Below are positions 37,101 to 47,877 of a DNA stretch of 64,000 nucleotides, one piece after another. Under the pieces are notes generated by a model. It did not search any database. It was given only the letters and a program-made list of their open reading frames with translations, and was not told the origin of the DNA. Source of the stretch: Candidatus Omnitrophota bacterium. Lineage in GTDB: Bacteria; Omnitrophota; Gorgyraeia; Zapsychrales; Zapsychraceae. The first letter of the stretch is position 1; each line of letters begins with the position of its first letter. A program made the position numbers and the translations under genes. The stretch is from positions 544,351-608,350 of the forward strand of contig JBFWOS010000001.1 of the NCBI GenBank assembly GCA_050250375.1. The letters run 5' to 3'.

Positions 37101-37608
37101 ACCAAGCACCGCGAGAAGGAATAATTCTTCCATGGTAAATGGCCTTTCCGGTTGGATGCATTTCAACTTCGAAAGAAACACCCGGAGGACGCTGAATTTG
37201 CGAAACAACGACACGCTCATCACCATTAATGATGAATGTACCCGTTTCCGTCATTAAAGGAAAATCTCCGAAATATACTTCCTGCTCTTTAATATCTACC
37301 GGAGTAATCAAACGAAGTTTTACTTTTAAAGGAGCGGCATACGTCATTCCTCTTCGTTTACATTCAATCGAAGAATATTTTTCTTTACCTAGCGTATAAT
37401 TTAAGTATTCAAGCTTTATCTGCCCGTCATAACTTTCTAATGGAAAAACTTCAGCAAATACTTCCTGCAAGCCCAAATCGAGCCTTTTATCGGGAGCCAC
37501 ATCACGCTGCAGAAAGCTTTCGTAAGCGACTAACTGAATATCTAACAACTGTGGAAGTTCAAAATTATCTTTAAACTTACTAAAGTTCTTTATTGTTATG
37601 TTTTCCAT
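34132..37608 (-). CDS. rpoB: RNA polymerase beta subunit
   Basis: [29 protein letters not shown]. Confidence 0.99.
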   Translation of the reverse strand: MENITIKNFSKFKDNFELPQLLDIQLVAYESFLQRDVAPDKRLDLGLQEVFAEVFPLESYDGQIKLEYLNYTLGKEKYSSIECKRRGMTYAAPLKVKLRLITPVDIKEQEVYFGDFPLMTETGTFIINGDERVVVSQIQRPPGVSFEVEMHPTGKAIYHGRIIPSRGAWFEIKYDLNNVLLAYIDRRRNFPASQILRIMGLSTTDEMKQMLGEDFKYLEATLEKDHTENKEEALLDFYRKMRPTEPATVEVADNLFFRLFFEPKRYDLSKVGRHIINRKLNMEVPLENRVLDIATVAEVIRYLVGLREGTGETDDIDHLGNRRIKTVGELVQNQVRIGLARLERSIKERLVVMTNFENLTAHHLINSRLFSNQIQDFFARSQLSQFMDQVNPLSEMTHKRRLSALGPGGLSRERAGFEVRDVHPTHYGRVCPIETPEGPNIGLIASLTNCARVNDLGFIETPYRIVTDGKVSKKIVFLTADKDQSEYIAQANAPVDPDGNFLTPDILCRYKTDFPRVKPKDIDFMDVSPLQIVSVAASLIPFLEHDDANRALMGSNMQRQAVPLMCPEVPNVGTGMEAKVARDSGVVVISKESGTVTKVDASEIVVDKTVYPLKNYQRTNANTCIHQRPLVNIGEKVKAGQTIADGIATQHGRLALGRNVLVAFMPWRGYNFEDAILINERIVRNDVFTSIHIEKFEVECRETRLGNEEITRDIPNVSEDALNNLNEDGIIRVGAEVKSGDILVGKVTPKSEKELSPEERLLRAIFGEKAADIRDTSLTLSPGIEGVIVNTEVFQRNERGRKSKADKTKENEVITKIKAYYVQEKDFVEEEKDKKLAALGVAKSKASKAKLGDFDEDSDEHEVLRFYRDKLAELEEEEINEVERVKRGDELPAGVLKRVVVYVATKRKLAEGDKMAGRHGNKGIVSRILPEQDMPFLADGSSVDIVLNPLGVPSRMNVGQLLETHLGWAARVLGFHAETPVFNGASEEQIRATLKEAGLPEDGKTTVYDGYTGEPFDQKVTVGIIYMLKLNHLVDEKIHARSIGPYSLVTQQPLGGKAHFGGQRFGEMEVWALEAYGAAYTLQEMLTVKSDDVTGRSRMYEAIVKGQQKLIPGTPESFNVLVKELQGLCLDIKMVRAGAQDNGSAKILEKLKDKEKKN

Positions 37609-37656
37609 AAATGAAATACGCTTTTGGTTAAAGGTTTTAGGTATGTTAAAGACGAA

Positions 37657-38103
37657 TTACTTTACTTCAACTTTTGCGCCAGCGGCTTCAAGTTTCTTCT
37701 TAAGCTCTTCGGCTTCCTCTTTTGTAACACCTTGCTTGACTGGTTTTGGCGCAGCCTCAACCAAATCTTTCGCTTCTTTCAAACCAAGGCTAGTCGCAGC
37801 ACGGACTTCTTTAATAACAGCAATTTTTTGAGCCCCGGCGTCTGCCAGAATTACATCAAAAGCTGTTTTTTCTTCAGCCGGTGCAGCTGCTCCTGCGGCG
37901 CCGCCGCCCATAGGCATCATCATACCAGCCGCCATTGGTGCAGCTGCCTGAATACCAAGCCTGTCTTCAAGACCTTTAACTAATTCAGAAAGTTCCAGTG
38001 CAGTCAATCCTTCAATTGTCTTAGCCACTTCTGCCAATTTCGGAGAAAGCGTAACACTATCTTTCTTTTCTACTGTTTGTTCTGTCGCTGTATTCTCAGC
38101 CAT
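37657..38103 (-). CDS. rplL: 50S ribosomal protein L7/L12
   Basis: [24 protein letters not shown]. Confidence 0.97.
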   Translation of the reverse strand: MAENTATEQTVEKKDSVTLSPKLAEVAKTIEGLTALELSELVKGLEDRLGIQAAAPMAAGMMMPMGGGAAGAAAPAEEKTAFDVILADAGAQKIAVIKEVRAATSLGLKEAKDLVEAAPKPVKQGVTKEEAEELKKKLEAAGAKVEVK

Positions 38104-38104
38104 T

Positions 38105-38635
38105 TTAATTTCCTCCCTTTTTCTCGCTATATTGTTTCAATATCGATAACAACTCGCGTGATTTTGCATTTAAAGCTCCGATTAATTGACTGACCGGCGC
38201 CTGTATTGTACCTAACAACATGGCAAGCAAGACTTCTCTCGGCGGTAATTCTGATAAACGTTTGACATCAGTGTCTATCAAAACTCGGCCATCAAGCAAG
38301 CCACCTTTTACATCCACATGATCTAAATCTTTTGAAAAATCGATAAGAATTTTTGACACGGCCGCCGAATCGGAGTTGCTCCAAACAAATGCCGTTTGTT
38401 TCGCAACACGATTAACCAGACCGTCAAACTTTAATTCTTTCAAGGCATTTTGCGCGATTGAATTTTTTGAAACAAACATGGAAGCGCCGGATTTTTGTAA
38501 ATTTTTCCGAAGATTGCTTAAAGTTATGCTGGAAAGATTTGAAAAGCTCAAAATAAAGATACTTTGGTTATCTTCAATCCCTTTTCTAATCCGATTGTTA
38601 AACTCTGCTCGATAAATTTGTCCAACACGTTTCAT
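38105..38635 (-). CDS. rplJ: 50S ribosomal protein L10
   Basis: LRK..., VSKN, KGG, LPPRE; lies between rplA and rplL. Confidence 0.95.
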   Translation of the reverse strand: MKRVGQIYRAEFNNRIRKGIEDNQSIFILSFSNLSSITLSNLRKNLQKSGASMFVSKNSIAQNALKELKFDGLVNRVAKQTAFVWSNSDSAAVSKILIDFSKDLDHVDVKGGLLDGRVLIDTDVKRLSELPPREVLLAMLLGTIQAPVSQLIGALNAKSRELLSILKQYSEKKGGN

Positions 38636-39312
38636 AAGGCCACCTTTAAACCAGGCCCCATAGTCGTTGAAAGAGAAACAGATTTAATCAGATTTCCCTT
38701 TAATGATGCCGGTTTCGCCTGGTTAATTGCGTCAATTAATTGATTAATATTTTCTTTGATTTTTTCCTTAGAAAAAGACCTTTTGCCGACACCAACATGG
38801 ATTCCTGACTGCTTGTCGGATTTAAATTCAATTTTACCCGCCTTTACATCCCGGATGGCTTTTTCTATATCTGTCGTAACCGTTCCGGCTTTTGGAGTAG
38901 GCATGAGACCGCGAGGCCCAAGAACTTTTCCTAACTTACTAAGATCTCTCATCATGTCAGGTGAGGCGATAACGACATCAAAATCCAAAAAGCCTTTGGA
39001 CACTTTGTCAATTAAATCCTCAGCGCCAATAAAATCAGCACCAGCATTCTTCGCCTTTGATTCAAGCTCACCTTTACAAAAAACGGCTATACGGATAACT
39101 TTACCGGATCCGTGCGGAAGAACTACCGTCCCCCGAACAATTTGATCGGAAGCCTTTGAGTTAATTGTCAACGCGAAATGCAACTCGACCGTTTCATCAA
39201 ATTTGATTTTAGGAAAATTTTCTAAATGTGAAATCGCTTCTTCCAGCGAATAAACCCTTTCGCGATTAATGGCGGTGTAGGCTTGTTTCATTCTTTTGCT
39301 TATGTGTCCCAT
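38632..39312 (-). CDS. rplA: 50S ribosomal protein L1
   Basis: KFDETVE, LGPRGLMP, STTMGPG. Confidence 0.98.
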   Translation of the reverse strand: MGHISKRMKQAYTAINRERVYSLEEAISHLENFPKIKFDETVELHFALTINSKASDQIVRGTVVLPHGSGKVIRIAVFCKGELESKAKNAGADFIGAEDLIDKVSKGFLDFDVVIASPDMMRDLSKLGKVLGPRGLMPTPKAGTVTTDIEKAIRDVKAGKIEFKSDKQSGIHVGVGKRSFSKEKIKENINQLIDAINQAKPASLKGNLIKSVSLSTTMGPGLKVAL

Positions 39313-39737
39313 TATTCGGTCACCTCAATTCCCATACTCCGGGCAGTTCCTTTGATCGTATTGATTGCTTGCTCAAGATTCTCGGTGTTCAAATCTTCCA
39401 TTTTTGTTTTGGCAATTTCTCTAACCTGCTGCATTGTGATTTTACCGATAAATTCTTTTCCTGCCGTTCCCGACGCTTTGGCTATATTGGCCGCTTTTTT
39501 AATTAATACAGAACTAGGCGGCGACTTGATAATAAAATCAAACGATTTGTCTTTGTAAACAGATATAATCGCAGGGAGTATATATCCTTCCCGGCCTTTT
39601 GTCCTTTCATTGAACAATTTACAAAAACCCATAATATTAATACCATGCTGTCCTAAAGCAGGCCCGACTGGTGGCGCAGGATTTGCCTGTCCAGCTGGTA
39701 CATATAATTTGATTTGAGCAACAACTTCTTTAGCCAT
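39312..39737 (-). CDS. rplK: 50S ribosomal protein L11
   Basis: [19 protein letters not shown]. Confidence 0.98.
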   Translation of the reverse strand: MAKEVVAQIKLYVPAGQANPAPPVGPALGQHGINIMGFCKLFNERTKGREGYILPAIISVYKDKSFDFIIKSPPSSVLIKKAANIAKASGTAGKEFIGKITMQQVREIAKTKMEDLNTENLEQAINTIKGTARSMGIEVTE

Positions 39738-39748
39738 TTTAATTATCC

Positions 39749-40282
39749 TTATAGTTTCTCAACTTGCCAATATTCAAGCTCAACCAATGTTGATCTTCCA
39801 AAAATTGAAACACTCACTTTTAACTTTCCCCGATCCGGATAAACATCTGTAACCGAACCGTTAAAATTCGCAAACGGTCCTTGTGAAATACGGATTGATT
39901 CACCGATCTCAAAAGTAGTTTTTGGCATCGGCTTAACTTCGGTATCTTCAGTCCGTTGAAGGATTCTCTTAACTTCTTCTTCGGTGATTGGCGTTGGTTT
40001 TCTGCCCGGCCCGATAAAACCCGTAATTCCAGGGATTGTCTTGACCAGATACCAACTCTCTTTACTCATATTCATTTTAATGAGGATATATCCTGGAAAA
40101 AATTTTCGTGAAGTGATCCGTTTTTTTCCGGAACGGACTTCTGATACCTGCTCGGTCGGGACTACAATCTCACCAACATAATCTTTTAAGCTAGTTGAAG
40201 CCATCTTACTTTCAAGGCCTGCCCGGGCTTTTTCTTCTGATCCTGTTTGTGTGTGAACTACATACCACTTCATTTCACTCAT
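39749..40282 (-). CDS. nusG: Transcription factor NusG
   Basis: WYVVHT, FPGYI, GPFANF, SIFGR. Confidence 0.97.
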   Translation of the reverse strand: MSEMKWYVVHTQTGSEEKARAGLESKMASTSLKDYVGEIVVPTEQVSEVRSGKKRITSRKFFPGYILIKMNMSKESWYLVKTIPGITGFIGPGRKPTPITEEEVKRILQRTEDTEVKPMPKTTFEIGESIRISQGPFANFNGSVTDVYPDRGKLKVSVSIFGRSTLVELEYWQVEKL

Positions 40283-40289
40283 AATAAAA

Positions 40290-40475
40290 TTACCTAATAA
40301 GAATTCCTAATAATTTTGAAAGAACAAAATCACAAATGGCTATAAAGCAGCCAAGAAAAAAAGTACTAACAACAACCACCCAGGTGGAATCCACTAAATC
40401 CTTTTTTGCTGTCCAGGAAACCTTCTTTAGTTCGGTGATCACTTCGTTTATAAATTTTTTGATTTTTCCAAACAT
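40290..40475 (-). CDS. secE: Preprotein translocase SecE
   Basis: ELKKVSW plus one TM helix; upstream of nusG. Confidence 0.95.
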   Translation of the reverse strand: MFGKIKKFINEVITELKKVSWTAKKDLVDSTWVVVVSTFFLGCFIAICDFVLSKLLGILIR

Positions 40476-40491
40476 ATTATACTTTCACAAA

Positions 40492-40565
<74 letters not shown>

Positions 40566-40585
40566 AGAGAATTTTGTCTCCAAAA

Positions 40586-40756
40586 CTATTTCTTAACTTC
40601 ACGATGTATTGTATGTTTACGTAGCTGCGGACAATATTTCTTGAGCTCTATCCGTTCCGGATGCTTTTTTTTATCTTTTTTGGTCGTATAATTAATGTGT
40701 CCCGATTCTACACACTTTAAAAGGATTGTTTCACGATTGTTCTTTTTTTTCGCCAT
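40586..40756 (-). CDS. rpmG: 50S ribosomal protein L33
   Basis: Read manually: [56 protein letters not shown]. Confidence 0.96.
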   Translation of the reverse strand: MAKKKNNRETILLKCVESGHINYTTKKDKKKHPERIELKKYCPQLRKHTIHREVKK

Positions 40757-40804
40757 GATGGTAACCTATACCTAAAATTTTTTTATAAATTTACCCGTTA
40801 AAAA

Positions 40805-40877
<73 letters not shown>

Positions 40878-40953
40878 AGCTTAAAACGTCAAGATCATGT
40901 TAATATGAATTGGTATTACGCGTGGTCCGACAACTATTCATAATAATTAATCA

Positions 40954-40981
40954 AGTATATATATAATAAAAATTTTGTCAA
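40954..40981 (-). promoter_or_regulatory. Sigma70-type promoter heading the tRNA-Thr/ribosomal superoperon
   Basis: TTGACA-16 nt-TATACT with AT-rich upstream sequence. Confidence 0.7.
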
Positions 40982-41051
40982 GTTTTTTTATAAAATTAAT
41001 TCTTATTCCTAACTTATAATAAATTACTATAGTTAGGACTCATTTCGAACC

Positions 41052-42218
41052 TCACCGCAGCTTAAGAAACCTTCTTTTTCCAATCTTAAGCACACCCGGG
41101 ATCATTTTCCACTCTTCACTATCTATCTTATTGCCATTAAATGAGATAGCACTTTGATCCAGCAACCGACGGAATTCTTTCTTTGAAGGCACAATTTTAA
41201 GATCAATCAGAACATCTACAATCCGATCAAATTTACCTTCCCCGATAATGTACTCCTGCATTTCTTCCGGGACCTGCCGGCGGCTAAAAACCTTCTCAAA
41301 TTCTTCCTGAGCCTTTTGCGCAATATTTCCATCGTAGAATTGAGTGACTATCTCTCGAGCCAATTTCAACTTTGCTTCCTTCGGGTGCATGCCAGAAATC
41401 TCGGCTAAATCAATATTTGTCAGACATTCAAAATATTTATTCATAAGACCGTCGCCTATCGACATGATCTTTCCAAATATGTCGTCGGGAGATTCATTTA
41501 TACCAATATAATTATTTAACGACTTACTCATTTTCTTAACCCCATCTAGTCCTTCCAACAACGGAGTCATCATAATAACCTGAGGATCCTGACCAACAGC
41601 CGCCTGCATTTGTCGCCCCATCAGAAGATTAAATTTCTGATCGTTTCCACCCAACTCCACATCAGCTTTCAAATGAATCGAATCGTACCCTTGCAATAGC
41701 GGATACAGAAACTCAAGCAAACTTATCTCTTTCCCATCTTCATAGCGCTTCTTGAAGTCTGACCGGGCAAGCATTTGTGCGACCGTGGCGTGAACAGTTA
41801 GCTCAACGACCGCTTGCGAAGTTAATTGATCAAGCCATTCACTGTTAAAAACGATTTTAGTCTTATGTTCGTCCAAAATCTTATAAACCTGTTTTTCATA
41901 AGATTTGGCGTTATCATCTATCTCTTTACGAGTCAATTGTTTACGAAGATTGTCACGCCCGGTTGGGTCTCCCACTTGGGCCGTAAAGTCACCGATTAAA
42001 AAATAGACATCATGGCCTAAATCTTGAAATTGTTTTAACTTTCGCAATAAAACAACATGCCCCAAATGGATATCAGGCGCGGTAGGATCAAAACCAGCTT
42101 TTATGACTAGCTTTTTTTTCTTCTTTTCGCTATCAACCAGTTTCTTTTCCAGACTTTTCAGGTCGATAATTTCTGTAGTTCCTCTGGATAGAATTCGAAG
42201 GGTATCTTTTACTGACAT
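41052..42218 (-). CDS. tyrS: Tyrosine--tRNA ligase
   Basis: GFDPTAPDIHLGH, YPLLQGYD, GGNDQ, KMSKS, C-terminal S4-like domain. Confidence 0.97.
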   Translation of the reverse strand: MSVKDTLRILSRGTTEIIDLKSLEKKLVDSEKKKKKLVIKAGFDPTAPDIHLGHVVLLRKLKQFQDLGHDVYFLIGDFTAQVGDPTGRDNLRKQLTRKEIDDNAKSYEKQVYKILDEHKTKIVFNSEWLDQLTSQAVVELTVHATVAQMLARSDFKKRYEDGKEISLLEFLYPLLQGYDSIHLKADVELGGNDQKFNLLMGRQMQAAVGQDPQVIMMTPLLEGLDGVKKMSKSLNNYIGINESPDDIFGKIMSIGDGLMNKYFECLTNIDLAEISGMHPKEAKLKLAREIVTQFYDGNIAQKAQEEFEKVFSRRQVPEEMQEYIIGEGKFDRIVDVLIDLKIVPSKKEFRRLLDQSAISFNGNKIDSEEWKMIPGVLKIGKRRFLKLR

Positions 42219-42247
42219 GATCACGAATGATAGGGGTTTATTCGTTT

Positions 42248-42286
42248 AAGAAAAGGGCACCTTTCCATATATAAAGGAAAGGTGCC
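42248..42286 (-). terminator. Intrinsic terminator after rpsA
   Basis: GGCACCTTTCC / GGAAAGGTGCC 11-bp stem followed by CTTTTCTT. Confidence 0.8.
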
Positions 42287-42315
42287 GTATTTATTTGATA
42301 CACTCTATGATGAAA

Positions 42316-43863
42316 CTAAACCTTGGCACTAACGCCGATTTTCATTTGCTCTACATCGACTTTAATAATTTTAATTCGCAAAGCATCGCCGGGTTTTAAT
42401 GCGTCCGCTTTATCTTTTTCGATCTCCGAAGAATAGACCAAAGCTTCAACATCATCATCAAGCCGAACAAATACTCCAAAGTTTGAATTTAAGACAACAA
42501 CAGCATCCATCTCAGTATCAACTGTATATTTCTCTGCAATACTAGGCCATGGATTGTCAGTTAATTGTTTTAACCCGAGATTGATCTTACGGCTGTCCGG
42601 ATCAACAGCCAAAACGATCACTTCAACGGCCTGCCCCTTACTCAATACATCTTGCGGATGATTGATTTTTCGTGTCCAGGACATATCAGAAATATGAATC
42701 ATCCCTTCTAACCCTGATTCGAGCTCGACAAATGCGCCGTAATCGGTAAACCCGCGAACATTACCTTTAACTTTCGAGCCAACCGAATACTGCTCTACTG
42801 CATCCTCCCAAGGATTATCTTCGAGTTGCTTCATACTTAAAGATATACGCTTTGAATCTTTATCAACATTAATGATTTGCACTTCAATAACATCATTAAC
42901 TTTAAACATGTCTTGAGGATTAACCAACTTTTTCTGCCATGTAATTTCTGAAGAGTGCAACAATCCTTCAATGCCCTTTTCGATTTCAACGAAAACACCA
43001 TACGGCATTACATTAACTACTTTCCCTTTTGCTTTCGTACCCGTCGGATATTTCTCATAAATATCATCCCAAGGATTCGAAATGATTTGTTTCAAACCAA
43101 GTGAAACTTTTGATCCGCCCTGGTCGTAATCTAAAATCAAAACTTCGATTTTGTCTCCGATATTAACGATTTCAGAAGGGTGATTGATCCGAGTCCAGCT
43201 CATATCCGTAATATGAAGCAACCCATCAACACCTCCCAAATCTATAAAGGCCCCGAAGTCCGTAATCCCTTTAACGGTTCCTGGACGTTTCTGCCCTTTT
43301 TTCAATTCATTCCACAATTTGTCCCGGACTTGATCACGTTCTTTCTGAACCACTTCTCTACGAGACAAAATCAGATTACGTCTGGCCTTGTTTAGCTTGG
43401 CAACATTGAATAAATATTTATTCGACATAATCTCATCGGAGGGAACCCCTTTTAAAGCGGACAATGACATTGGCAAAAACGCTTCTACCCCCTGAATATC
43501 AACAATAAAGCCACCTTTAACCTGCTTAACAATCCGTCCCTCAATTTGATCACCCTCATTAATGGTATCCCCAATCTTCATCCATCCATGCAATTTCTCG
43601 GCTTTCAAACGGGAAAGAATAAGTCGCCCATCTTCATCTTCAATTGATTCGATTAAAACCTCAATTTCGGTATCAATTTCCAATTTATCAATATTTCGGA
43701 ACTCTTCGACGGAAACAAAACCTTCGGATTTAAACCCGATATCGACAACCGCTTCCTTTTCGTTAAAGGCGACGATCTTCCCTCTAACAATTTCTCCTTC
43801 TTTAACGTCACGAAATGTATTTTCATACATCTGTTCCATTAATGATTGTTTATCTTGACTCAT
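42316..43863 (-). CDS. rpsA: 30S ribosomal protein S1
   Basis: Six S1 repeats (DIGFKSEG, FGAFIDLGGVDGLLHITDMSW and others). Confidence 0.97.
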   Translation of the reverse strand: MSQDKQSLMEQMYENTFRDVKEGEIVRGKIVAFNEKEAVVDIGFKSEGFVSVEEFRNIDKLEIDTEIEVLIESIEDEDGRLILSRLKAEKLHGWMKIGDTINEGDQIEGRIVKQVKGGFIVDIQGVEAFLPMSLSALKGVPSDEIMSNKYLFNVAKLNKARRNLILSRREVVQKERDQVRDKLWNELKKGQKRPGTVKGITDFGAFIDLGGVDGLLHITDMSWTRINHPSEIVNIGDKIEVLILDYDQGGSKVSLGLKQIISNPWDDIYEKYPTGTKAKGKVVNVMPYGVFVEIEKGIEGLLHSSEITWQKKLVNPQDMFKVNDVIEVQIINVDKDSKRISLSMKQLEDNPWEDAVEQYSVGSKVKGNVRGFTDYGAFVELESGLEGMIHISDMSWTRKINHPQDVLSKGQAVEVIVLAVDPDSRKINLGLKQLTDNPWPSIAEKYTVDTEMDAVVVLNSNFGVFVRLDDDVEALVYSSEIEKDKADALKPGDALRIKIIKVDVEQMKIGVSAKV

Positions 43864-43943
43864 TAAATTTTTCCTCACTTTATTTTATTTTTTTCAGCTG
43901 AGCGGACGGAAACACACTAATATCCACTGATCTGAAGTAAAAC

Positions 43944-43971
43944 ATTATCGCAAAATACAATCATTTGTCAA
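43944..43971 (-). promoter_or_regulatory. Sigma70-type promoter of rpsA
   Basis: TTGACA-16 nt-GATAAT, with TGn extended -10. Confidence 0.65.
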
Positions 43972-43993
43972 ACAAAATATTTTCCGAAAGCCT

Positions 43994-44575
43994 TTACGGA
44001 TTACTATAAATGGCTTGTAATATTGAATCAGATATTTGGTTATATTTCTGATCTTGAGTAAATACGAGCGGCCGGCCAAATATAATCCTAATTGGATGGA
44101 ATTTAAACCATTTAGAGCCCTGTGGCAGGGCTTTATCTGACCCCTGTATAAAAACAGGTATGACAGGAACACCACTTTTTTGTGCTAAAAAACCTACTCC
44201 CGGCTGAGATTCTTTTTTGCGATCCCCCACCCCTCGAGTTCCTTCTGGAAAAAGTATCAACGGGCACCCCCGCTTTAAACGCCTTAATGCCTCTCTCAGG
44301 GCCCTGAAATCCGATGTATCACGTTTAATAGGAAACGCCCCCATTCCGGCGAATAAGAAACTGGAGATCTTAGACCGAAACAACTCCTCCTTTGCCAAAA
44401 AACTGAAGCGTTGCCACCGGCAAATTCCAACGACAAATGGATCTAAATTACTATTATGATTACAGGCCAGAATGAACGGTTTTCCGGAAGGTATATGTTC
44501 AAGCCCCTGAAACTTGGTCCGAAAGTAGATCAGATTGATCAATTTCATAATCAAAAATGCTGGCCAATAGATCAT
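43994..44575 (-). CDS. plsC: 1-acyl-sn-glycerol-3-phosphate acyltransferase
   Basis: NHNSNLD (HX4D) and FPEGTR. Confidence 0.92.
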   Translation of the reverse strand: MIYWPAFLIMKLINLIYFRTKFQGLEHIPSGKPFILACNHNSNLDPFVVGICRWQRFSFLAKEELFRSKISSFLFAGMGAFPIKRDTSDFRALREALRRLKRGCPLILFPEGTRGVGDRKKESQPGVGFLAQKSGVPVIPVFIQGSDKALPQGSKWFKFHPIRIIFGRPLVFTQDQKYNQISDSILQAIYSNP

Positions 44576-44578
44576 GTA

Positions 44579-46003
44579 TTATTTACCGCTTAATAACTCC
44601 TCACCGATTTTAATTAAATCCTTCGCTTGTTTCAGAGATTTGGCTTCAGAATAAGCCCGGACCAACGGCTCTGTCCCGGATGGTCTGAGCATCAGCCAAC
44701 TTTCATCCTCACAGGTCAATTTAACTCCGTCATAATCTTTAAGGTCAACGACTTTCTTCCCTAATAAAATTTTCTGGGATTTAAAACTTTTCTCATTAAA
44801 TTTACGGCCCTTCAATTCGAGATCTGACCGCTCATAGTAATAACGGCCAAATTCTTTTTCCATTTCAGCCAACAATTGCCTGATATTTTTTTGTTCATAT
44901 ACCATCATTTCTAACAGCAATAATCCCGCCAGGGTACCGTCCCTTTCAGGAATAAAATCCTGGACCCCGATACCGCCGGCTTCTTCGCCGCCAGCCACGA
45001 TCCGTTCCTTGACCATCAGATCAGATATGTATTTAAACCCAACCGGAGTTTCATAAAGCTTTAAATTTAATTTTCGGGCGATATGGTCAATCATGGTTGT
45101 ACCACAGGTTGTTTTTATCACCCCACCTTCTCGGCCACGGTTCCTGACTAAATGCAACGTGATTAAACCTAAAATTTTCTGGGGACTTATATATTCGCCG
45201 CCCGGGGCTGCTGCAGCGATCCTATCTGCATCGCCGTCAAGAACCAAACCGAGGTCATACTCCTCTTTTTTCATTTTCGACAACAGTTCCGGTAAATATT
45301 CCGCGATGGGTTCAGGTTTTACCCCGCCAAAGGATGGATTGATTTCATTATGAAGGTAATCAAGCTTTATCTTACTGCCGGCAAGCACTTCTTGTAAAAT
45401 ATCTTTGCCTGACCCGTACATGACATCCTGAATAATTTTGAATTCCGATTGACGAATCCGATCCAGATTAATATATTTCTTCATGAAATCAAGATAAGCC
45501 TTATTGAAATTATGCGAAATGATTAGTTTCTTGGAAACAGCCTTATCGAAATCCATGGTTTTGACAGGCGTCGATCCCAAATATGCCTCAACTTTATTTG
45601 TAATATCCTTGGAGGCCCCTCCCCCCTGGTTGGTTTTGATCTTAATCCCGTTAAAAGGAGCAGGATTGTGACTGGCTGTGATCATTACCCCGCACACCCC
45701 CTTGATATCAACCACACCATAACTTAATGACGGTGTTGGCAAAATCCGGTCAGAAAGATATACAATAATATTATTCTTCGCAAGAACACAACCGACCGTA
45801 CGGGCAAACTCTTTCGATAAAAAACGGGCATCATAACCTAAGGCCACCTTCTTCATTCCATTAACTTTCTTAACATCATTTTTAATCCAATCGCTAATGG
45901 CTTGTGCGACTAGGGCGACATTTTCGAACGTAAAATTATCGGCGATAACCCCACGCCATCCGTCTGTGCCGAATTTAATTTGACTTTTGATCAGTTTTTT
46001 CAT
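44579..46003 (-). CDS. Phosphoglucomutase/phosphomannomutase family protein
   Basis: FGTDGWRG, TASHNP, DGDADR, RPSGTEP. Confidence 0.93.
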   Translation of the reverse strand: MKKLIKSQIKFGTDGWRGVIADNFTFENVALVAQAISDWIKNDVKKVNGMKKVALGYDARFLSKEFARTVGCVLAKNNIIVYLSDRILPTPSLSYGVVDIKGVCGVMITASHNPAPFNGIKIKTNQGGGASKDITNKVEAYLGSTPVKTMDFDKAVSKKLIISHNFNKAYLDFMKKYINLDRIRQSEFKIIQDVMYGSGKDILQEVLAGSKIKLDYLHNEINPSFGGVKPEPIAEYLPELLSKMKKEEYDLGLVLDGDADRIAAAAPGGEYISPQKILGLITLHLVRNRGREGGVIKTTCGTTMIDHIARKLNLKLYETPVGFKYISDLMVKERIVAGGEEAGGIGVQDFIPERDGTLAGLLLLEMMVYEQKNIRQLLAEMEKEFGRYYYERSDLELKGRKFNEKSFKSQKILLGKKVVDLKDYDGVKLTCEDESWLMLRPSGTEPLVRAYSEAKSLKQAKDLIKIGEELLSGK

Positions 46004-46024
46004 TAAAACCTTCTTTATTACGAT

Positions 46025-46594
46025 TTAACTGTAAATTTTCTTTCTCTTAATATATAAGTCTACATCTTTGGGCAACATGTACCCGACCGGAAGTTTTCTG
46101 GATACCCTTTTTCTAATATAAGACGATGAAATATTCAATTCAGGCATTTCCAGATAACGGCAATTCTTTTCTTTATTCCTGGGATTAATTCCCGGCCGGT
46201 TAATACAGACAAAAGATGTCAGTCTGACTAATTCATCAATTTTCTTCCAGGTATGCAGTCGGGCATAGGTGTCGCTTCCAATTATAAAGAATAATTTATC
46301 TTTCGTGAAAATTTTCTTGAAATGTTTGACCGTATCAATACTGTATGATTTTCCTTCGCGTTTAATCTCAACATCACTAATATCAAAATGGTGATATCCT
46401 TTTATCGCCAATTCAACCATTGCAAATCGTTCAAAAGCAGAGATTAAAACTCCCGGCTCTTTATGCACAGGAAGTTTGGCCGGAATAAAAATAACTTTGT
46501 CTAACTTAAGCCCTTCCAAAGCCGTCTGAGCCAGAGCCAGGTGTCCATTATGAATTGGATTAAATGTTCCGCCTAACAACCCGATCTTCTTCAC
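46025..46594 (-). CDS. nadD: Nicotinate-nucleotide adenylyltransferase
   Basis: GGTFNPIHNGH, SYSIDT, ISSSYIR. Confidence 0.96.
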   Translation of the reverse strand: MKKIGLLGGTFNPIHNGHLALAQTALEGLKLDKVIFIPAKLPVHKEPGVLISAFERFAMVELAIKGYHHFDISDVEIKREGKSYSIDTVKHFKKIFTKDKLFFIIGSDTYARLHTWKKIDELVRLTSFVCINRPGINPRNKEKNCRYLEMPELNISSSYIRKRVSRKLPVGYMLPKDVDLYIKRKKIYS

Positions 46595-47853
46595 GTTCTA
46601 ACCTGACCATTTCCATAAATTTCGTATTTATAGGTTGTCAACTCCTCCAGTGCCATAGGCCCGCGAGCGTGAAGCTTGTCTGTACTAATACCTATTTCCG
46701 CTCCAAACCCAAATTCATAACCGTCTGTAAACCGTGTTGAGGCGTTAACATATACGGTGGCTGAATCGACAGATTTCAAAAAACCTTCGGCTTCTTTCCT
46801 GTCTTTTGTCACAATTGTGTCTGAATGGCTGGACCCATATGTATTGATATGCTCGATCGCTTCTTTTGTATCCTTGACAACTTTGATCGCCAGTATCAAA
46901 TCAAGATACTCTTCATACCAGTCTTTCTCGGTCGCTTTTTTAGTGCCATGTTTTAAAATAGACACGGCTTTGGTATCACCTCTCAATTCAACCCCGGCCG
47001 TAATAAAATCTTTAGCCATTCCCGGCAAAAACTGATCAGCGATTTTCTCATGAACCAACATGGTCTCCATTGCGTTGCATAGGCCGGGGCGTTGAACTTT
47101 GGCATTAAAACAAATATCTCGAGCCATTTTAAGGTCAGCCTTGTCGCTGACGTACGTGTGACAGACCCCTTTATAATGTTTCACGACAGGAATAGAAGAA
47201 TTTTCTGCAACAAATCGGATCAATCCTTCCCCGCCTCTGGGGACAATCAAATCAACGTAATTATTTTGTTTAAGAAGAATATTCACGGCTTTACGATCAG
47301 ACGAATCAACCTGCTGTATCGCTTCCTTAGGGACAGCGGTTGATTCCAGGGCCTTTTTTAAAACTTTATAAATAGCCCGGTTTGAATAATAAGCTTCCTT
47401 CCCCCCTTTGAGAATTAAAGCATTTCCCGACTTAAGGCACAAACCAACACAATCGCTGGTCACATTCGGCCGAGATTCATAAATAATCCCGATAACGCCG
47501 ATCGGTGTACGGACCTTTTTGATCAAAAGACCGTTCGGCCGCTTAAATGATTTAATGACTTCGCCAACCGGATCCACCAACTTGATCGTATCTGACAGGC
47601 ATTGAATCATACCATTTATCCGTTTTTCACTGAGAAGCAGCCTATCGATGAGAGCCTTTGAATAATTCTGCGTTTGAGCGGTGGCGATATCTTTCTTATT
47701 TTCCTTGATCAAATATTTCACATGGCTCTTCAGCGCCCTAGACATTTCCCGTAAGGCGGAATTCTTGGCGGATGTTGTCAGCAAGGCCAACTCTCGCGAG
47801 GCTTTTTTGGCCTTCTTCACCATTGAGATTATTTTATCTTCAGAGTTCATCAT
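46591..47853 (-). CDS. proA: Gamma-glutamyl phosphate reductase
   Basis: YESRPNVT, CNAMET, NASTRFTDG, KLHARGP. Confidence 0.97.
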   Translation of the reverse strand: MMNSEDKIISMVKKAKKASRELALLTTSAKNSALREMSRALKSHVKYLIKENKKDIATAQTQNYSKALIDRLLLSEKRINGMIQCLSDTIKLVDPVGEVIKSFKRPNGLLIKKVRTPIGVIGIIYESRPNVTSDCVGLCLKSGNALILKGGKEAYYSNRAIYKVLKKALESTAVPKEAIQQVDSSDRKAVNILLKQNNYVDLIVPRGGEGLIRFVAENSSIPVVKHYKGVCHTYVSDKADLKMARDICFNAKVQRPGLCNAMETMLVHEKIADQFLPGMAKDFITAGVELRGDTKAVSILKHGTKKATEKDWYEEYLDLILAIKVVKDTKEAIEHINTYGSSHSDTIVTKDRKEAEGFLKSVDSATVYVNASTRFTDGYEFGFGAEIGISTDKLHARGPMALEELTTYKYEIYGNGQVRT

Positions 47854-47877
47854 TAGCTTATTTTGATTGGATTAAAC

